DNA of 64,000 bases from Candidatus Poribacteria bacterium (GTDB lineage Bacteria; Poribacteria; WGA-4E; WGA-3G), in NCBI GenBank assembly GCA_965205015.1, contig OZ242029.1, positions 4,800,001 to 4,864,000 on the forward strand. Reading direction: 5' to 3'. Shown in pieces: positions 9,429 through 18,279 of this stretch. The position numbers and the translations under genes were made by a program. The notes below the pieces were generated by a model, which did no database searches, was not told where the DNA came from, and saw nothing but the letters and a program-made list of their open reading frames with translations. The number at the start of each line of letters is the position of its first letter. The stretch's first letter is position 1.

Positions 9429-9910
9429 TTATGAAATACTTATATCCTTTTTTTTGCTGCATCTGTCTCATGGGGTGTACGACGGATAGCATAGATAACA
9501 GCAATGGGAGCACAATATTTCCAACACCGCCAAGCGTCACAGAACCTCAGACGGCAGATGCTCTTCCAGAACAAACGCCACTCACAAATGTTGTTGAGAA
9601 CGCCGTTGAATGTCCGCCTGAATTTCAGGGCGAGTTTGTCAGTGGTACACTCAATGATGAAGGTTCTGAGCGTAAGAGAATAAATTTCAACGATAAATTC
9701 GTCGTCTATTATTACACTTTGAATTTGGTGCTAAAGGATTCTATCTCTATTAAGATTATCCTTGAAGAAGCTGCACTCGCCCGATCTAAGGAAGGTAAAC
9801 GGCAGATAATCGCTGGAGATTTCTTATTGGTGAAGTTAGACCATCTCTTAGAACCCGGAATATGGAAAGGGGTCTTGGTGAAAAACTTAACCCAAAATAT
9901 CTCCTTTTAA
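9425..9910 (+). CDS. Lipoprotein, N-terminus paralogous to the upstream gene
   Basis: LMGCTTDS..IFPTP versus LLGCTSDS..IFPTP; overlapping ATGA. Confidence 0.7.
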   Translation: MIMKYLYPFFCCICLMGCTTDSIDNSNGSTIFPTPPSVTEPQTADALPEQTPLTNVVENAVECPPEFQGEFVSGTLNDEGSERKRINFNDKFVVYYYTLNLVLKDSISIKIILEEAALARSKEGKRQIIAGDFLLVKLDHLLEPGIWKGVLVKNLTQNISF

Positions 9911-9952
9911 GAATACTAAACTTTGGACAATTTTTAAAAATCCCTCGTGTGA

Positions 9953-10033
9953 CAAGAGGAGAACATCGACGCATGGCATGCGGCAGTCTCCGAATTCAGA
10001 GAGACGGTGCCGGAACTCGGTGAGAAGTTGGCA
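9953..10033 (+). pseudogene. Possible second internal fragment of a type IIG/ISP-like R-M enzyme
   Basis: QEENIDAWHAAVSEFRETVPELGEKLA, recalled as resembling that family; no start codon. Confidence 0.3.
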
Positions 10034-10277
10034 GCACCCAATTTTGATCATTGTCCGCGCTGTGAGATGGGACACCTGTAAAAAACGCAGTCGGTCCAAG
10101 GGCACAACCTAACAGGTTATGCTACAAAAAAGCAGTATGCGAAAGTCCACCGGACAAATAAAATTTGACAGTCAAGGGGTGTCGTGCTATACTGTATAAT
10201 ACGGTCAGCTTCAGAACAGGATAGCGCAGAATTCATAGTCTGATGATACTTGTACGGGCAAATTATAAGGTACCCCC

Positions 10278-10511
10278 TTGAATAAAACAAAGATGACCTA
10301 TTTTGAGAAAGAGGATATACTGCATCTGGCGATTTCTGAGGAGCCAGAAAGTGATAGTTTGGAACTCAGTCCCAATATCACCGCCGAATTGAACAGTGAC
10401 GGTGAACTTATCGGGATTGAAATTCTGAATGCCAGCATCTTCATTCGGGATTCGATTTTAGAATCCGCTCACGCAAAAATGCTATCACTCACCAAAATCC
10501 AGTCCACCTAA
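10278..10511 (+). CDS. DUF2283 family protein (antitoxin-like, no partner seen)
   Basis: Y..EDILHL..SE..E..S.EL.P.I..ELN..GELIGIEILNAS. Confidence 0.8.
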   Translation: MNKTKMTYFEKEDILHLAISEEPESDSLELSPNITAELNSDGELIGIEILNASIFIRDSILESAHAKMLSLTKIQST

Positions 10512-10673
10512 TAGGATATGGCACGCTTGAACAGATATAACGTGAATTCGACTTAAGTCCCTCCGCTGGTGAGGTTGCCTCAATACCCCGTTTCACTCTC
10601 AAAAAATCCGCGTCATCCGCGATAATCCGCGATTCAGACAACTGGAAAATTGAATACCGCTGTGGTTCTATCG

Positions 10674-10806
10674 CAGGGTGATTTCGTTTTCGATTTCACG
10701 TTTAGTTTTAGTTCCCTTCTGTGAAGAAAAAATATATAAAACGTAAGCGTTACACCTGTTACGGCACACGGCGTGTGCCTACTACTTTTAAAACTAAATA
10801 GCCCTG
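10674..10806. mobile_element. ~133-bp MITE with CAGGG termini and ~10-bp target-site duplication (ISAs1-like ends)
   Basis: CAGGGTGATTTCGTTTT ... AAAACTAAATAGCCCTG; flanks GGTTCTATCG / GGTTCTATTG; near-identical copy at 41598-41729. Confidence 0.8.
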
Positions 10807-10824
10807 GGTTCTATTGAGAAAAAT

Positions 10825-10854
10825 TTGACATCTCATACAGGTTTATACTATAAT
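10825..10854 (+). promoter_or_regulatory. sigma70 promoter of leader copy 3
   Basis: TTGACA-N18-TATAAT. Confidence 0.75.
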
Positions 10855-10936
10855 TTAATCATAATGTTCAACTAACGGAAATCAGCTAATTTGCTGCTAA
10901 AAAATTATGCGACAGGTGCTGCATTACAAGCAGGAT

Positions 10937-11089
10937 ATGAAGAACCAGGATATGAACACCACACCCACAACACGATACCCATTCAATAACAATCGCTATC
11001 TACGGCGATGCTTAATGTGCTTAGCGTTCATGCAGGCATTAAGATTTAACAAGCCGATTACCCCCCCCCACTTTACAAAAACTAAGTAA
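10937..11089 (+). CDS. Putative leader peptide copy 3 (50 aa, C9 tract)
   Basis: MKNQDMNTTPTTRYPFNNNRYLRRCLMCLAFMQALRFNKPITPPHFTKTK*; C9 at 11061-11069. Confidence 0.55.
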   Translation: MKNQDMNTTPTTRYPFNNNRYLRRCLMCLAFMQALRFNKPITPPHFTKTK

Positions 11090-11133
11090 TTTTCACAAAA
11101 CACTTACAATATCCGTTAATATTTCCTATTTGC

Positions 11134-11183
11134 GCCCGCGCGCCATCTCGTCTGATGGCACTCAATGCGGGCTATTTTTGTTG
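11134..11183 (+). terminator. Terminator-like hairpin of leader copy 3
   Basis: GCCCGCG-C-GCCATC..GATGGC-ACTCAA-TGCGGGC followed by TATTTTTGTTG. Confidence 0.6.
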
Positions 11184-11212
11184 TCATATTTTCCGCATAA
11201 TTATAGGTCTAT

Positions 11213-11430
11213 AGCTGTATTGATTATTTCCGCAGGCAGAACGTCTCCGATGCCCTCGAACCCCTGCCCCTCATTGACGAAGGACGTATCGCCGCCACAG
11301 AAGCGTGTCCATCGCCCGGACTTGCGCGCGACGCCCTTCGCCAGCAACTTCAAAGTGCGATTGCCAAACTCACCCCGATACGCCGCCGTGTGTTCTGCCT
11401 TTACTACCCCGAAGCGCAGCCGATCAAAGC
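11213..11430 (+). pseudogene. Internal fragment of an ECF sigma factor (end of region 2 to start of region 4)
   Basis: SCIDYFRRQ...LRQQLQSAIAKLTPIRRRVFCLYYPEAQPIKA; upstream in-frame stop at 11204; HTH incomplete. Confidence 0.6.
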
Positions 11431-11458
11431 GGAGAAAAAAAGGATTCTGGAGGTTTTC

Positions 11459-13060
11459 TTGTTTATCACACGTAGGCAATTTATAGAACGGGTCTCTGCC
11501 GCAGGACTCGCCCTCAGCACCAGTTTCGCACTCACAGGATGTGGTTCTTTGGACATCCTATCCCCGCCTTCAATGCCCATAGAGATCGAAGATGACACCC
11601 CGGCACTGATTATCGGTTCTGGGTTTGGCGGTGCGGTTACGGCTTTGCGACTCGGCGAGGCTGGCATCCGAACGATGGTCTTGGAGCAAGGCAGGCGTTG
11701 GGATTCCGCAGCGGCTCCGTTTTCTCGTTTATTACCGCCCGATGGGCGTTCAACGTGGTTACGAAACAGAACCGTTCTGCCGTTCGGTCCATCAATGCCG
11801 ATCCAGAAATATACGGGTGTCTTAGACCGTGTGGATTATCCGAACATAAAGGTGTACCGAGGCACAGCGGTCGGTGGTGGCTCCATCGTATACGGCGGCA
11901 TCAGCACACAACCGCCCGAAGACCTATTTTATGAGGTTTTTCCGAGTGGCATCTCCTATGCGGAACTGCTTCCCTATTACGAACGCGTCCGCACGATGCT
12001 CCGTATCACGACTGTGCCTGCAGACATTGAAGAACAGCCATACTACGACTACACGCGTGTCTTTGTCGATCACGCAGCGACTGCCGGATTAGAGACAGTC
12101 TCTATAGGACAGGCACACGATTGGGACACCATCCGTTCCGAGATCGCAGGGACGCTGCCGCCTTCTGCTATTATCGGAGAAGCGGTGTATGGCAACAATA
12201 GCGGCTGTAAAAACAGTCTCGATCAAAACTATCTGCCGATGGCAGAATCCACAGGTTATGTCACCATCCATCCGTTGCACCGCGTCATTGAGATCACTCA
12301 GGAAAAACGTGGTAAATACGCCGTGACAACTGAACAGATAGATGAACGGGGTGAGGTGATACAGACGAAAAAAATCACTACGGACTTTCTATTCCTCGCA
12401 GCAGGTTCTATTGGGACGACGGAGTTATTGGTAAAGGCGCGTGAATTGGGGAGCTTGCCACATCTCGACGCGGCAGTTGGGCACGGATGGGGAACGAATG
12501 GCAATGTTTTGTTTACACGCACTGTGGACGCGTTAACTGGAAAGATGCAAGGCGGTCCCGCCATCAAAGCGATTTTAGATTATGAGAATCGGGAAACCCC
12601 TGCGATTATCAAAGCAGCATACTTTCCTATCGGACTCGAATGCAACTGTCTCCTGTATTTGATGCTTGCTTTAGAGACCGAGCGCGGACATTTTTCATAC
12701 AACGCATCGACCGACACTGTGGAATTGATGTGGCCAGCAGGAGGCAACGATCAAGCGGTGCGGGCGGTGGTAGACTTCGCCGAGCGTCTGAACGCTGCCA
12801 ATGGGGGACATCTCAGTTCACCTGCGGGGTTACCTTTTAGTCCGCCTGACATTCTCAAAGAGTTTACATATCACCCCTTAGGCGGAATGGTCCTGGGTGA
12901 GGCGTGTGATGTGTATGGGCGCGTCCATGGTTACACAAGGTTGTATGTCATGGATGGTTCATTGTTGCCGGGGTCTTGTGCAACTGCGAATCCGTCCCTA
13001 ACGATTGCGGCTTTAGCAGAACGGAATATTGAAAATATTCTTGCAGCGGATTTCGATTGA
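11459..13060 (+). CDS. Tat-exported lipoprotein, cholesterol oxidase-like GMC oxidoreductase
   Basis: GGAGG plus TTG start; TRRQFI twin-arginine motif, LTGC lipobox; GSGFGG, GGGSIVYGG, GWGTNG, YHPLGG, DGSL.PG..ANPSLTIAALAERN. Confidence 0.85.
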   Translation: MFITRRQFIERVSAAGLALSTSFALTGCGSLDILSPPSMPIEIEDDTPALIIGSGFGGAVTALRLGEAGIRTMVLEQGRRWDSAAAPFSRLLPPDGRSTWLRNRTVLPFGPSMPIQKYTGVLDRVDYPNIKVYRGTAVGGGSIVYGGISTQPPEDLFYEVFPSGISYAELLPYYERVRTMLRITTVPADIEEQPYYDYTRVFVDHAATAGLETVSIGQAHDWDTIRSEIAGTLPPSAIIGEAVYGNNSGCKNSLDQNYLPMAESTGYVTIHPLHRVIEITQEKRGKYAVTTEQIDERGEVIQTKKITTDFLFLAAGSIGTTELLVKARELGSLPHLDAAVGHGWGTNGNVLFTRTVDALTGKMQGGPAIKAILDYENRETPAIIKAAYFPIGLECNCLLYLMLALETERGHFSYNASTDTVELMWPAGGNDQAVRAVVDFAERLNAANGGHLSSPAGLPFSPPDILKEFTYHPLGGMVLGEACDVYGRVHGYTRLYVMDGSLLPGSCATANPSLTIAALAERNIENILAADFD

Positions 13061-13487
13061 ATCGAATCTGTTGTCCCTGGCGATGGCGTTGTGAATATTC
13101 TTGACCTGGTATTCATCGCTGAGAGGTTCTGATCGCCTAAAAATTTTCCTTGTAAATTCATGATCAATCGTGTATACTATGATAAGGCTGCGAACCAAAG
13201 ATATGAGAGCCTTATACACAGTATAAGGCTCCCAGTCAAGAGCTCCCCACTTTCCTCTCGTTCACCTACCGGCTGCGTTCCACAATCATCAATTTATAAG
13301 GAGTTCTATCCTAATGGCAGATATTGCCCAAGTCTGTGTCCATGTGGATTCAGAGTAATCTGCACAATCCGTGATAATCCGCGATTCGGACAAAAATTAA
13401 ATATTCCCCTTGACTTCCTGCTTTATATATGCTATACTAAAATATGTTATGTTTAGATGAAGAAGAAACCAATAATCGTAGCGACTC

Positions 13488-13624
13488 AAAATGTTACACT
13501 TTATGCTAATTTATTCTTTTTTTCAAAACGAATGCAAACGAAAAAACGTCCATGAACCCTTACAGGTACTGGATTTCACACCGATATCCGATGTCCACCA
13601 AATGTTACACAAGTGTAACATTTT
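13488..13624. repeat. Inverted-repeat-bounded element
   Basis: AAAATGTTACACTT ... AAGTGTAACATTTT; third half-site AAATGTTACAC at 13600. Confidence 0.55.
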
Positions 13625-13913
13625 AAGAAGAATTCTCAGGTAACTCCCGTTCAAAACCCATCAGGACACAGAGAACCCAAAATTCGTGTAAGCTGCGATT
13701 TAGATAATGTGAAACTGAACGCTTCTGAATAAGGTCTCTTTTTGTTGACTTTCTCAATCACCTGCTGTATACTCTAATCACAATACGTTGCGTAACAGAT
13801 ACGATTAAGAGAGGCTCACCCATTTTTGTAAAATCATTCGTGAAGTAAACCCCCTCAAAATCAGTCCAGCGCTGCAGAGATTCAAAGCAACGCGCAGTTA
13901 TAGGAATGATAAC

Positions 13914-14159
13914 ATGCATGTTAATATACATCAGCCCGAAGAAAACCACTTGGCGCAGTTAGTCGAGCGTGCCGTCGCAGGAGAAGAAATTATTTTCGAG
14001 CATAACGGCGAACCGGTTGCTAAACTGGTATCCTTAAAGTCAGAAAACCCCAGGAAACCACGCCAAGGCGGACAGTGGAAAGGTAAAGTCAAGATAGCAC
14101 CTGATTTCGATGAACTTCCTGACGCGTTTATGGCAGCCTTCCGCGCGGAAAAAGATTGA
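13914..14159 (+). CDS. Phd/YefM-type antitoxin
   Basis: VNIH...HLAQLVERAVAGEEII....GEPVAKLV; ends IAPDFDELP. Confidence 0.85.
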   Translation: MHVNIHQPEENHLAQLVERAVAGEEIIFEHNGEPVAKLVSLKSENPRKPRQGGQWKGKVKIAPDFDELPDAFMAAFRAEKD

Positions 14160-14536
14160 TGAATCTACTATTGGATACACATGTGGTGCTATGGTGGCTT
14201 GACAACCCAAATCTGTTATCCCAACAAGCTGTGGCAGCCATAGAACGACTCGAGAATAATATCATTGTCAGCGTCGTATCCGCATGGGAAATCGCTATTA
14301 AAAAGGCACTTGGGAAACTCGAAGCCCCCGAAAATCTCAAGGAAATGATAGCAGACGCCGGGTTTCAATGGCTGCCCATTACCTATGAACACGTTTGGAA
14401 AATCAAAGATCTCCCATTTCATCATGAGGATCCATTTGACAGACTGTTAATCGCCCAAGCAAACATCGAAAATCTAACACTTGTCACCCGTGATTCACAT
14501 GTAAAGGCATACACTATTCCTATTCTTGATGCTTAA
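14156..14536 (+). CDS. vapC: PIN-domain toxin
   Basis: LLLDTHVVLWW, SAWEIAIK, HHEDPFDRLLIAQA. Confidence 0.9.
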   Translation: MMNLLLDTHVVLWWLDNPNLLSQQAVAAIERLENNIIVSVVSAWEIAIKKALGKLEAPENLKEMIADAGFQWLPITYEHVWKIKDLPFHHEDPFDRLLIAQANIENLTLVTRDSHVKAYTIPILDA

Positions 14537-14547
14537 GGAGAAAAACT

Positions 14548-15375
14548 GTGAATACCCTAAGCGACTTTGAAATCAAACAAAGAAAATATATGCCTGTCTT
14601 CCCAAAAGCGAGCGGGAAACCGACTCCCTATATTGAAGGCTATCCCTACGAGGACGATGAACCTATGGCAGCGACCGGATTTCATGCTGAACAGATTGTT
14701 ACCCTTGCCGACCAATTTTTTCGGTATTTTGAAATCAATGAACATATCTTCGTTGGGATCGACACGTTCATCTACTACCGAGAAGGCGACCGACGGAAAG
14801 TGGTTGCCCCCGATATTTACATTGTCTTGGGAGCCAGTAAGTTTCCGCAGCGGCGGAGTTTTTATACGTGGTCAGAGGGTGCTGCCCCGTCTGTGGTTTT
14901 TGAGTTTCTTTCGGATGCCACTGCGCGTCAGGACCGTCAGGAAAAAGTCCCGTTATATTTGGTGGATATCGGTGTTCAGGAATACTTTATCCATCAACCC
15001 GATATGGAGAGAACTGCGGAGTTTCGTGGCTGGCGGCGGGGTCCTTCGGGGGACATCGTTGAGATCGCGCCTGATGCAGAAGGCGGTTTGTTCAGCGAGA
15101 CGTTGAATCTCTATTTTCGTTGGAAAGAGGACACGGTTACTGAAGTGAGGCTTTTACGTCCATATCTACCAGATGGTACCCCGATAACGACTTCTCGGGA
15201 AGATAAGGCATTGAAAGAAGAAGCACAGGAACAACGACAAGCCGCTGAAGAACAACGACAAGCCGCTGAAGAACAACGACAAATCGCTGAGAGACGCGCC
15301 AGAGAAGAGCAAGAACGCCGACAAGCAGCGGAAGCCGAGTTAGCGCGTCTGCGTGCCCAACTCGCTAATCGCTAA
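14548..15375 (+). CDS. Uma2/DUF820 endonuclease-family protein with coiled-coil tail
   Basis: VAPDIYIV, VFEFLS, DRQEK..Y...GVQEYF; EEQRQAA repeats. Confidence 0.85.
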   Translation: MNTLSDFEIKQRKYMPVFPKASGKPTPYIEGYPYEDDEPMAATGFHAEQIVTLADQFFRYFEINEHIFVGIDTFIYYREGDRRKVVAPDIYIVLGASKFPQRRSFYTWSEGAAPSVVFEFLSDATARQDRQEKVPLYLVDIGVQEYFIHQPDMERTAEFRGWRRGPSGDIVEIAPDAEGGLFSETLNLYFRWKEDTVTEVRLLRPYLPDGTPITTSREDKALKEEAQEQRQAAEEQRQAAEEQRQIAERRAREEQERRQAAEAELARLRAQLANR

Positions 15376-15435
15376 TCCATACAATCTGGGTCAGTTGCAG
15401 AGCGATTGACAGCCAAACGAAAGGAACCTCCACAC

Positions 15436-16170
15436 ATGACTGGCGAAGAAAAATTTGCAGTGGATCTTGAGGGTTACCTCGTGATAAAGAATGTGCTCAC
15501 CGACGATGAAGTCGCTGAGATGAACGCCATTATCGACAAAGGCGACCTCCAAGGACCGCCGAGTCTCTGGGGTGCACCGTTCAGAAAACTCATCGATCAC
15601 CCGAAAATCCTACCGTACCTCATCGAAATGCTGGGTCCACATGTCCGACTCGACCACGACTACGCCCTCTTCATGGAAAAAGGGCAAGGACGGGGTGGAT
15701 TACACGGCGGTGAGGACGGCGGACGCGCCGGTGGCAGCGTCGGCGATCACTGGTATAAATACCGAGATGGACACATGCGCAACGGGTTATCCGTGATGAC
15801 ATATAACCTTGCGGATGCACCAGCAGGCGCGGGCGGGTTCGCCTGTATCCCAGCGAGCCATAAGTGTAATTTCCCGACAGAACTCCCAACGGACGTGCGA
15901 CGTTTCGAGCGTTCGGCACACTATGTCGTCCAACCGCCACTTGAAGCCGGGGACGTACTGTTTTTCACTGAGGCACTCATCCACGGGACGATGCCGTGGA
16001 CAGTGGGACATCAACGCCGCTCGCTGCTCTATAAATACAGTCCCGGACACTCGGCATGGTCGGAGCACTATTACGACATCAGCAAATACGAAGGGTTGAC
16101 GGAGCAACAAAAACGGATGCTCCTGCCGCCATCAGTCGGCAGACGCCCCCGCGTTATTGAAGAGAATTGA
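15436..16170 (+). CDS. PhyH-family Fe(II)/2-oxoglutarate dioxygenase
   Basis: GYLVIKNVL, LHGG, IPASHK, GDVLFFTEALIHG, RRSLLYKYSP. Confidence 0.85.
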   Translation: MTGEEKFAVDLEGYLVIKNVLTDDEVAEMNAIIDKGDLQGPPSLWGAPFRKLIDHPKILPYLIEMLGPHVRLDHDYALFMEKGQGRGGLHGGEDGGRAGGSVGDHWYKYRDGHMRNGLSVMTYNLADAPAGAGGFACIPASHKCNFPTELPTDVRRFERSAHYVVQPPLEAGDVLFFTEALIHGTMPWTVGHQRRSLLYKYSPGHSAWSEHYYDISKYEGLTEQQKRMLLPPSVGRRPRVIEEN

Positions 16171-16308
16171 AGAAATTCGGTGCGGTTGAATAAAACCGCC
16201 GCTACCAATCTTTGCTGAAAAAGAAGTTGGGTTTCACTGTGTTCAACCCAACCTACAAACTGACAGCCGACTGTCGATTACTGATTGCTAACGAAGGAGT
16301 TTCTACAA

Positions 16309-17064
16309 ATGACCAGCGAAGAAAAATTTCAGGTAGACCTTCAAGGTTACCTCGTCATAAAGGACGTCTTGACTGAGGATGAAGTCGCTGAGATGAATGC
16401 GAGTATCGATAGAGCATCCAGCGAGAACTTGAGAGGACACGACGATAGAGTGTCAAGTCTTTGGGGTGAACCCTTTAAGAGCCTGATTGACCATCCGAAA
16501 ATTCTCCCGTATCTCCTCGAGTTATTAGGTCCGCACGTCCGTTTAGACCACGATTATGCCATCTTTATGGATGAAGGGCAAGAAGGCGGTAGATTGCACG
16601 GGGGTGAAGATGGTGGGGGTCCCGGGGGTCCTGAGGCGGATCACTGGTACAAATACCGCGATGGTGTTATGCGCAATGGGTTGTCTGTGATGACATACAA
16701 CCTGGCGGATGCACCAGAAGGCGCAGGGGGATTCGCCTGTATCCCCGGCAGCCACAAGAGCAATTTTTTGCGGGAATTGCCGTCAGATGTGCGGCATTTC
16801 GAGCGTCCCGCACACTACGTTGTGCAACCGCCTGTCGAAGCAGGAGATGTGTTGTTCTTCACGGAAGCCCTTGTTCATGGGACGATGACGTGGCGGGCAA
16901 AACATCAACGCCGCTCGCTGCTCTATAAATACAGTCCTGGACACTCGGCATGGTCGGGGGAATATCACGATCTCAGCAAATATGGCGAACTCACCGAACA
17001 ACAGAAACGGATGCTCCTACCACCATCCGTCGGCAGGCGTCCGTACGTCATAGAGGAAGGTTAA
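16309..17064 (+). CDS. PhyH-family dioxygenase, tandem paralogue
   Basis: Highly similar to 15436-16170. Confidence 0.85.
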   Translation: MTSEEKFQVDLQGYLVIKDVLTEDEVAEMNASIDRASSENLRGHDDRVSSLWGEPFKSLIDHPKILPYLLELLGPHVRLDHDYAIFMDEGQEGGRLHGGEDGGGPGGPEADHWYKYRDGVMRNGLSVMTYNLADAPEGAGGFACIPGSHKSNFLRELPSDVRHFERPAHYVVQPPVEAGDVLFFTEALVHGTMTWRAKHQRRSLLYKYSPGHSAWSGEYHDLSKYGELTEQQKRMLLPPSVGRRPYVIEEG

Positions 17065-17069
17065 AATTA

Positions 17070-18257
17070 ATGCCAAACGTCCAACTCACTGGAAACCAGA
17101 GCGATTTCCTGAAAATCGTTGTCGCCGCGACAGGACGCGGGGATATCGAAACCGTCCGACAACTGCTCGATGACAACCCCGCCTGGATTCACACCGTCGG
17201 TTCGCACGGTCGGACGATGCTGTGGGAAGCGGCATACCGGGGTAAACTGGAGATGGTTCAATTCCTCCTTGAACGCGGTGCCGATATAAACGTGCCGGGG
17301 TGCTACCATATACAGCACAGGATTGAGATATCGCCCTACTGTGTGGCACGGTACGAGGGACGCGACCTTGTGGCAGATTCCCTACTTCAACACGGCGCGA
17401 CCCTCGACATCCATACCGCCGCCTATCTGAAAGATTACGATGCCGTCCGTTCGCACCTTGATAACGATCCAAACCTCGTCAATAGCGGATACCTTCAGGC
17501 GGTGATGCTACCGGCAGGACAACCCCATACCTTTGAACATCGCCACGCAGCGTGGGCAACCCCGCTCTGTTACGCCATCGTGGGCGGAAATCCCGCGATC
17601 GTCGAACTGCTTATCTCGCGAGGGGCGACAATCGAACCGCACAGCGAACGTTTCCTCGATTATGCTATCGCTTATGATCGGGTGGAGATCGCCGAGTTGC
17701 TGCTTGAAAACGGTGCGGATCCGGGCAAAGCCCCACGCATCTTGGACGACAACTCCGAAATGAGCGTGCTCCTCAAGGCTTACGGTGTCCCGCCTAAGGA
17801 CATAAACGCGCAGAGCCACATGGGGTGGCCCCCACTCGTCTATGTCTGCCGCGGCGATAACGGTGAACACCCAGAGGAAGTTCAGCGACTCTTAGCACTC
17901 GGTGCCGATATCGATATTCAGAATTATAAAGGGAAAACGGGGTTACATTGTGCAGCGAAGGCGGGGTTTCTCAAAGTTATCAATCTGCTCATCGAAAACG
18001 GTGCGACCGTTGATGCCGCCGACGACACTGGCGAAACCCCACTGTTTGAGGCGATCCGATCGACAATCAAGAGCGGCGAGAAACAGCGAGCGGCGTTGGA
18101 AGCGTTGCTCATCAAAGGGGCAAATCCAAACATCAAGAATCGGAAAGGGCAGACACCGCTGCAAGTCGCGAAGCGGATGCGAAGGGCAGAGGCAGGAAAA
18201 ACCGTCGAATTGCTGCAGAAATATAGCACTGTTTATGGTAAAACCTCGCCTCTTTGA
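17070..18257 (+). CDS. Ankyrin-repeat protein
   Basis: Repeated G.T.LH.AA..G / LL..GAD.N motifs; start moved to MPNVQ after AGGAAGG. Confidence 0.85.
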   Translation: MPNVQLTGNQSDFLKIVVAATGRGDIETVRQLLDDNPAWIHTVGSHGRTMLWEAAYRGKLEMVQFLLERGADINVPGCYHIQHRIEISPYCVARYEGRDLVADSLLQHGATLDIHTAAYLKDYDAVRSHLDNDPNLVNSGYLQAVMLPAGQPHTFEHRHAAWATPLCYAIVGGNPAIVELLISRGATIEPHSERFLDYAIAYDRVEIAELLLENGADPGKAPRILDDNSEMSVLLKAYGVPPKDINAQSHMGWPPLVYVCRGDNGEHPEEVQRLLALGADIDIQNYKGKTGLHCAAKAGFLKVINLLIENGATVDAADDTGETPLFEAIRSTIKSGEKQRAALEALLIKGANPNIKNRKGQTPLQVAKRMRRAEAGKTVELLQKYSTVYGKTSPL

Positions 18258-18279
18258 TTAAAACTTAAAATTCCTAAAA

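Noticed and set aside
11390-11458. N-terminal extension of the oxidase
   Set aside because: Belongs to the ECF remnant; RBS and Tat motif support TTG at 11459
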